Shown here one piece after another: positions 60,801 to 64,000 of a DNA stretch of 64,000 bases. How positions within the stretch are numbered: position 1 is the first letter of the stretch; every line of letters starts with the position of its first letter. The stretch spans positions 4,154,001 to 4,218,000 of the forward strand of contig JAWMAR010000115.1 of assembly GCA_036785375.1 (NCBI GenBank). Reading direction: 5' to 3'. The notes beneath the pieces were generated by a model, which saw only the letters and a list, made by a program, of their open reading frames with translations, ran no database searches and was not told the origin of the DNA. Made by a program: the position numbers and the translations under genes. This DNA comes from Leucoraja ocellata. Taxonomy: Eukaryota.

Positions 60801-63617
60801 TCAAAAATTTCCTCTGAACTGCCAGAGACTGGTAACATTTTAAAATCACTTTTTGTTGTGATACGTCATAAATATCCTTTAAAGCATTTGCATTTTGATA
60901 AAAGCGGAAATAAATGTGTCAAAGTAGGCAACACTGTGGTGTAGCTGATAGATCTGCTGCCTCACAGCACCAGAGACTCAGGTTTGCTCTTGCTTCGGGT
61001 GCTGTCTGTGTGGAGTTTGCACACTCTCCCTGTGATCATATGGATTTCCTTTGGGTGCTCCGGATTTCCCCCTCATTCTCAGGACGTGTGGGTTTGTAAG
61101 TTAATTGGCCTCTGCAAAAATGCCTCTATCGTGTTGGAAGTGCAAAAGTGTGATTACATAGAACTAGCGTGAATGGGTGAAAATTGGTCGGCATCGAGTT
61201 GGTGGGCTGAAATTCCTATTTCCATGCCGAATAAAAAAAAAACCCCAGTGATAATCCAAAACCATTTTAATATCTGTAGGAAGGAACTGCAGATGCTTGT
61301 TTACACCGAAGATAGACAGTAAATGCTGGAGTAACTCAGCGGGACTAGCAGCAACTCTGGACAAAATGTCACCTATTCCTTTTATCCAGTGATGCTACCA
61401 TTCCCGCTGAGTTACTCCAGTGATTAGTGTTTACCATTTTAAAATCACTAAATATAAATGTAAATATATACTAAACAATGTTCCAATTAAACAGTAATGG
61501 TAGGTTAATGACTTATTACATTTAAACAAAGTTTCACTAAAAACCCATTATATGTACTTAAGATTGTCCTTGCCTCCACAGTTTCCTTTTATATTTTGAA
61601 TCATCCCCAATGTACCCATATCTAATGGAATCCTTGCATGTGATTAATACACTGTGGGCTGTGTGTGTATGAGTGATTTTAAAGTTTGGGACCTATGTTT
61701 TGAGGCTTGGTAGATTTTTTCTCTACTAATTTATTTACAAAGGCAGCATAAAAATCGTAGAAACCCGAGTCCATTGAATGCAAATAGTGCTTGAATTCTG
61801 GTGACCTTTCATGTTGGCTACATCAATTCAGGTGAGTTACATTGAAAAGTCAAATAGAAATTTGGGGGTGCTGTTTGTAATTCCAGTGGTGTCCTTGTTT
61901 CCACAGTCACAGCTGAACCGTCTGATGCAGTGGCTGAGGGAGACAATGTTACCCTGACCTGCTCTGTGTCTCACGTCACTGAGACAATGAGACTAGTTTG
62001 GATTAATACTGATAGAAAAACCATTGGAGAGGAGCATTTTAATGAACACAGACAGGATAGGAAATCTTTACAGCGGACTATTCCAAAGGCAGATGCAGAC
62101 AGAAGGAAATGGATTTGTGGTTTGTTTCATCAAAATAAGCCCAAGATTTTAATTTCTTATCAGAAGAAGAAACGTAAGTGTTCTCTGTGTTCTTTGTTCT
62201 CTGTGACGGCTGCAGAAAGATTAGCTTCTCTTTCAGTAAGATAAGCTCCTGCTTTTTTTTAAATCATTGTATCCACTATTACAATCTATATTATTCAGTG
62301 TTCAGTTACAGATGTTCACATATAAAGAGTTTAAATTACAATTCATCGCCACAGGTCAAAACACTGCATTAAATGCAATGCACTCTTCACTCAGGCACAC
62401 TTTAAGGGAGAGGGGGAATTAGGTAAAATAGGGATTAATGTTACATTATGGTAACTAAAATAATTACATTATTACATACATTATTATAGGAACACACATA
62501 ATTTGCACATTAATGCAGTAAGATGCCAATAATTACATTTAAATAGCTGTATAAAATATAGTGATTTATTTTATAAAACAAATGCCAAACAGTGTTCTCT
62601 CTTTGTCTCGAACTTTGACGATTAATATCTACCCAAACAAGACCAATACAGGACCCATGACCGAGACCTGAGCAGCCGGGTCTAAAGTCACAACTTTACA
62701 CCTTTAGTTGAGGCCATATATATTTTGTTTCAGTTCAGGCAACCGATATTCGAATATTGTGCTTATTTTTTCCTTCATTCACCTGATAATGTTCATATTA
62801 ATTTGAACCTATTGAAGCAAAAAGACTCAGACAAAAATGACCAACCTCATAAAAATAAAAACACTCTAGACCTGGTCTCCCATAATTTGATGCAGAATGT
62901 TTTCATTGTTGCATCATTTATAGGATATAGAATATTGCACAGGAACAGGCTCTGCAGCAAAGATTATATAATCTTTGCTTTGCAGTGTACAAAGTCCGTG
63001 CCAAACATGATGCCAGGACCAAGTCTTATCTGTCTGCACATTATCCATATACCTCCATTCTCTGCATATCCATTCCCCACGTATCCATATGCCTTTCCAA
63101 AAGTGGCCAATATCATATCTGCCTCAACCACAGCCCCCACCGGGTGCATTCCAGGCACTCACCACCCTCTGTGTGAAATAACTTGACCCGCACATCCTGC
63201 CCCACTCGCTTCAAAGCTATGCCCTCTAGCAGTTGATTTTTCCATCCTGGGACAAAGGTTTTGACTGTCTACCCAAATCATGCCACTCATAATTTTATAG
63301 ATTTTGGTCAGGTCTCTCCACAGCCTCCAATGTTCCAGAGAAAGCAATCTGGTCTGTCCAACCTCGACCTGTAACTGATATCCCCTAATCCAGGCATCAT
63401 TATGGTAAATCTCATCTGCCCAGAATGAATGATAGAAATATTTAATTGCTGAACATTATTGGGAGTGAAACTGAAAATAACAAATTTGTCCTTCACAGTG
63501 AGACTACTTGCGAACATTTGGATCATCATAGTTTCAAGCTACTTGTTTCTTAAACTGATCGTTGCTTTTGGATTAATTTGCTGCTTGAAGGGGATAAAAA
63601 GAAGAAACAATTCTTGA
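48730..63617 (+). CDS. Spliced gene model (10 coding exons, 875 aa): type I membrane receptor with eight Ig domains, CD4/LAG-3-like, with TM lysine and short tail
   Basis: join(48730-48814,50055-50387,52650-52919,55145-55480,55559-55819,57993-58337,58917-59189,60090-60428,61907-62173,63499-63617). All introns GT-AG and phase 1; total 2628 nt with no internal stop. Confidence 0.88.
49010..49180. mobile_element. PIF/Harbinger-like MITE fragment (one end)
   Basis: Ends gtgggacaggccct|tta (GGGCCTGTCCCAC-type TIR with a TWA target). Other end not found. Confidence 0.45.
50055..50387 (+). CDS. Ig domain exon D1 (V-like, no cysteines)
   Basis: tctaacAG|GA...ATCAAAG|GTGAGT, 333 nt. C-strand WEW, LRI E-strand, AGLFTL in place of DxGxYxC. 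Confidence 0.88.
51440..51840 (+). mobile_element. CR1/L2-group (Crack/Daphne-like) LINE 3' end inserted in a SINE
   Basis: LQDRREAHRLTCFYKMLNG...YSNSFFPRTIKAWNNL with an (accaaga)n tail. Splits a SINE copy (~51195-51340 and ~51840-51945). Confidence 0.6.
52650..52919 (+). CDS. Ig domain exon D2 (C2-like)
   Basis: tttttacAG|TT...CAGG|GTAAGT, 270 nt. VEASPQHPLLGSDITLSC...LQW...FVCEV. Confidence 0.92.
53250..53700 (-). mobile_element. Rex1-like LINE 3' fragment (intronic)
   Basis: HPDHTLISLLPSGRRYRSL...RFRSSFLPTIIRLLN, the typical Rex1/Babar C-terminus. Confidence 0.7.
55145..55480 (+). CDS. Ig domain exon D3 (canonical V-set)
   Basis: ctctctgcAG|GT...AAAG|GTAGGA, 336 nt. MIC...W...YFGNRL...FNVRI..V.FEDAGLYTC. 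Confidence 0.93.
55559..55819 (+). CDS. Ig domain exon D4 (C2 with WxC)
   Basis: gttttcAG|TC...AGTG|GTAAGT, 261 nt. VTAEPSDALTEGDNVTLTC...LIW...GNWRC. Preceded by a 78-bp intron. Confidence 0.93.
57275..57810 (+). mobile_element. CR1 LINE fragment (intronic)
   Basis: LDKLGLFSLEHHRLREDLIQVYKI and a CR1-type 3' end. Confidence 0.75.
57993..58337 (+). CDS. Ig domain exon D5 (paralog of D1, no cysteines)
   Basis: ccttgcAG|GA...ATCAAAG|GTAAGT, 345 nt. LKGP..GNG...WEWRPH...LRIRKP.F..AGLYTWTQTQ..KILKQ..FGIK is shared with D1. Confidence 0.9.
58524..58830 (+). mobile_element. HE1/V-SINE-like SINE (intronic)
   Basis: B-box ggttcgatcc, core and tail as in the other copies. Confidence 0.7.
58917..59189 (+). 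CDS. Ig domain exon D6 (paralog of D2; F-strand Cys replaced by Trp)
   Basis: ttccacAG|TT...CAGG|GTGAGT, 273 nt. GSDITLSCTISRL.DTVSL.W...SSQQNRR...LYTWEVQ. Confidence 0.9.
60090..60428 (+). CDS. Ig domain exon D7 (paralog of D3, V-set)
   Basis: ctcttgcAG|AT...ACAG|GTAAGA, 339 nt. DHSELDLICEAS...KWTW...YFGNRM...FSVRIVPVRLADAGVYTC. Confidence 0.92.
60935..61230 (+). mobile_element. HE1/V-SINE-like SINE (intronic)
   Basis: Diverged copy of the SINE family. Confidence 0.7.
61907..62173 (+). CDS. Ig domain exon D8 (paralog of D4, WxC)
   Basis: ttccacAG|TC...AAAC|GTAAGT, 267 nt. VTAEPSDAVAEGDNVTLTC...LVW...KWIC. Confidence 0.92.
62930..63415 (-). mobile_element. CR1 LINE fragment (intronic)
   Basis: LSLEHWRLWRDLTKIYKIMSG...ARGHSF on the minus strand. 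Confidence 0.7.
63499..63617 (+). CDS. Terminal transmembrane/cytoplasmic exon (LRLLANIWIIIVSSYLFLKLIVAFGLICCLKGIKRRNNS*)
   Basis: Acceptor tttgtccttcacAG (63498), phase 1 and in frame with D8. A ~23-aa hydrophobic stretch with one Lys (63552-63554), CC, basic stop-transfer KGIKRR, and TGA at 63615-63617. Confidence 0.8.
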
Positions 63618-64000
63618 AGTTTTCCGGAATGCCAAGGTGCCATTGACTTTGGCAAAGTGGATGTTCATTAATTAGATCATTTTGTATACAATTCAGAATT
63701 TAAAGGGATTATTACTGCTTGACACAAGGATACAATTGTTCAAAATTATGTGACATATTCTTCAACATTCAAACAGCTGTAATTTCTCTGCTCCCACTTT
63801 CACTGAAGGAATTATAGAGTTCATGTAGGACCATGGCTAACGACTAAACAATGCTCAAGACAAGAGCCCAATGTTGCTACATTTTCCACTGACCGTCACA
63901 AATATTTATTTTGGAGATTCGTAACTTCAGCGACGTCAGAATTCAATCTTTGTTTGTTTGTGAAAGTATTATCAGAAAAATTACTGGAAATATTACTGTG

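Noticed and set aside
62174-62244. KKKRKCSLC read-through after D8 as an Lck-binding tail
   Set aside because: It lies past a consensus GTAAGT donor and no TM segment precedes it.
62734-62786. Alternative terminal exon (LQATDIRILCLFFPSFT*) after acceptor tttgtttcAG
   Set aside because: Too short for a TM or a convincing GPI signal; the 63499 exon fits much better. Not excluded as a minor isoform.
48730-63617. Calling the gene CD4 or LAG3
   Set aside because: It has eight domains, a charged TM, and lacks both the CxC/CxH Lck motif and the LAG-3 tail motifs. No syntenic marker is visible, so no gene symbol was assigned.
1-64000. CRISPR array or prokaryotic operon/defence system
   Set aside because: The sequence is vertebrate, with spliceosomal introns and SINE/LINE repeats, and has no regularly spaced repeat-spacer array.

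Overview
Eukaryotic, repeat-rich vertebrate DNA. The repeat content (HE1/V-SINE-type SINEs, CR1, Rex1-like and Penelope fragments) points to a cartilaginous fish, probably a skate or ray (inference). There is one 200-N assembly gap (40894-41093). The main result is a complete spliced + strand gene that the ORF track misses. It has a PU.1/ETS-rich promoter (~45.1-45.4 kb), a signal-peptide exon (48730-48814), eight phase-1 Ig-domain exons (50055-62173) and a terminal transmembrane exon (63499-63617). The joined CDS is 2628 nt with no internal stop (875 aa). The ectodomain is a tandem duplication of a four-domain unit: cysteine-less V, C2, canonical V, and C2 with the CD4/LAG-3-type WxC motif. 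The TM helix carries a central lysine and is followed by a ~10-aa tail with no Lck-binding CxC/CxH motif and no Tyr. This is the layout of a DAP12-type adaptor-coupled activating receptor built on a CD4/LAG-3-like scaffold. Also present: a full-length but disabled sushi-type chromoviral Gypsy element (17163-22485) with a self-priming PBS; a Nimb/I-clade LINE 3' end with RNase H; an endogenous retrovirus 5' LTR with a tRNA-Pro PBS; many Penelope-derived repeats carrying hammerhead-ribozyme-like cores; and a probable promoter/first exon of an unidentified minus-strand gene at ~23.9-24.0 kb. All family assignments are from motif recognition by eye; no searches were run.
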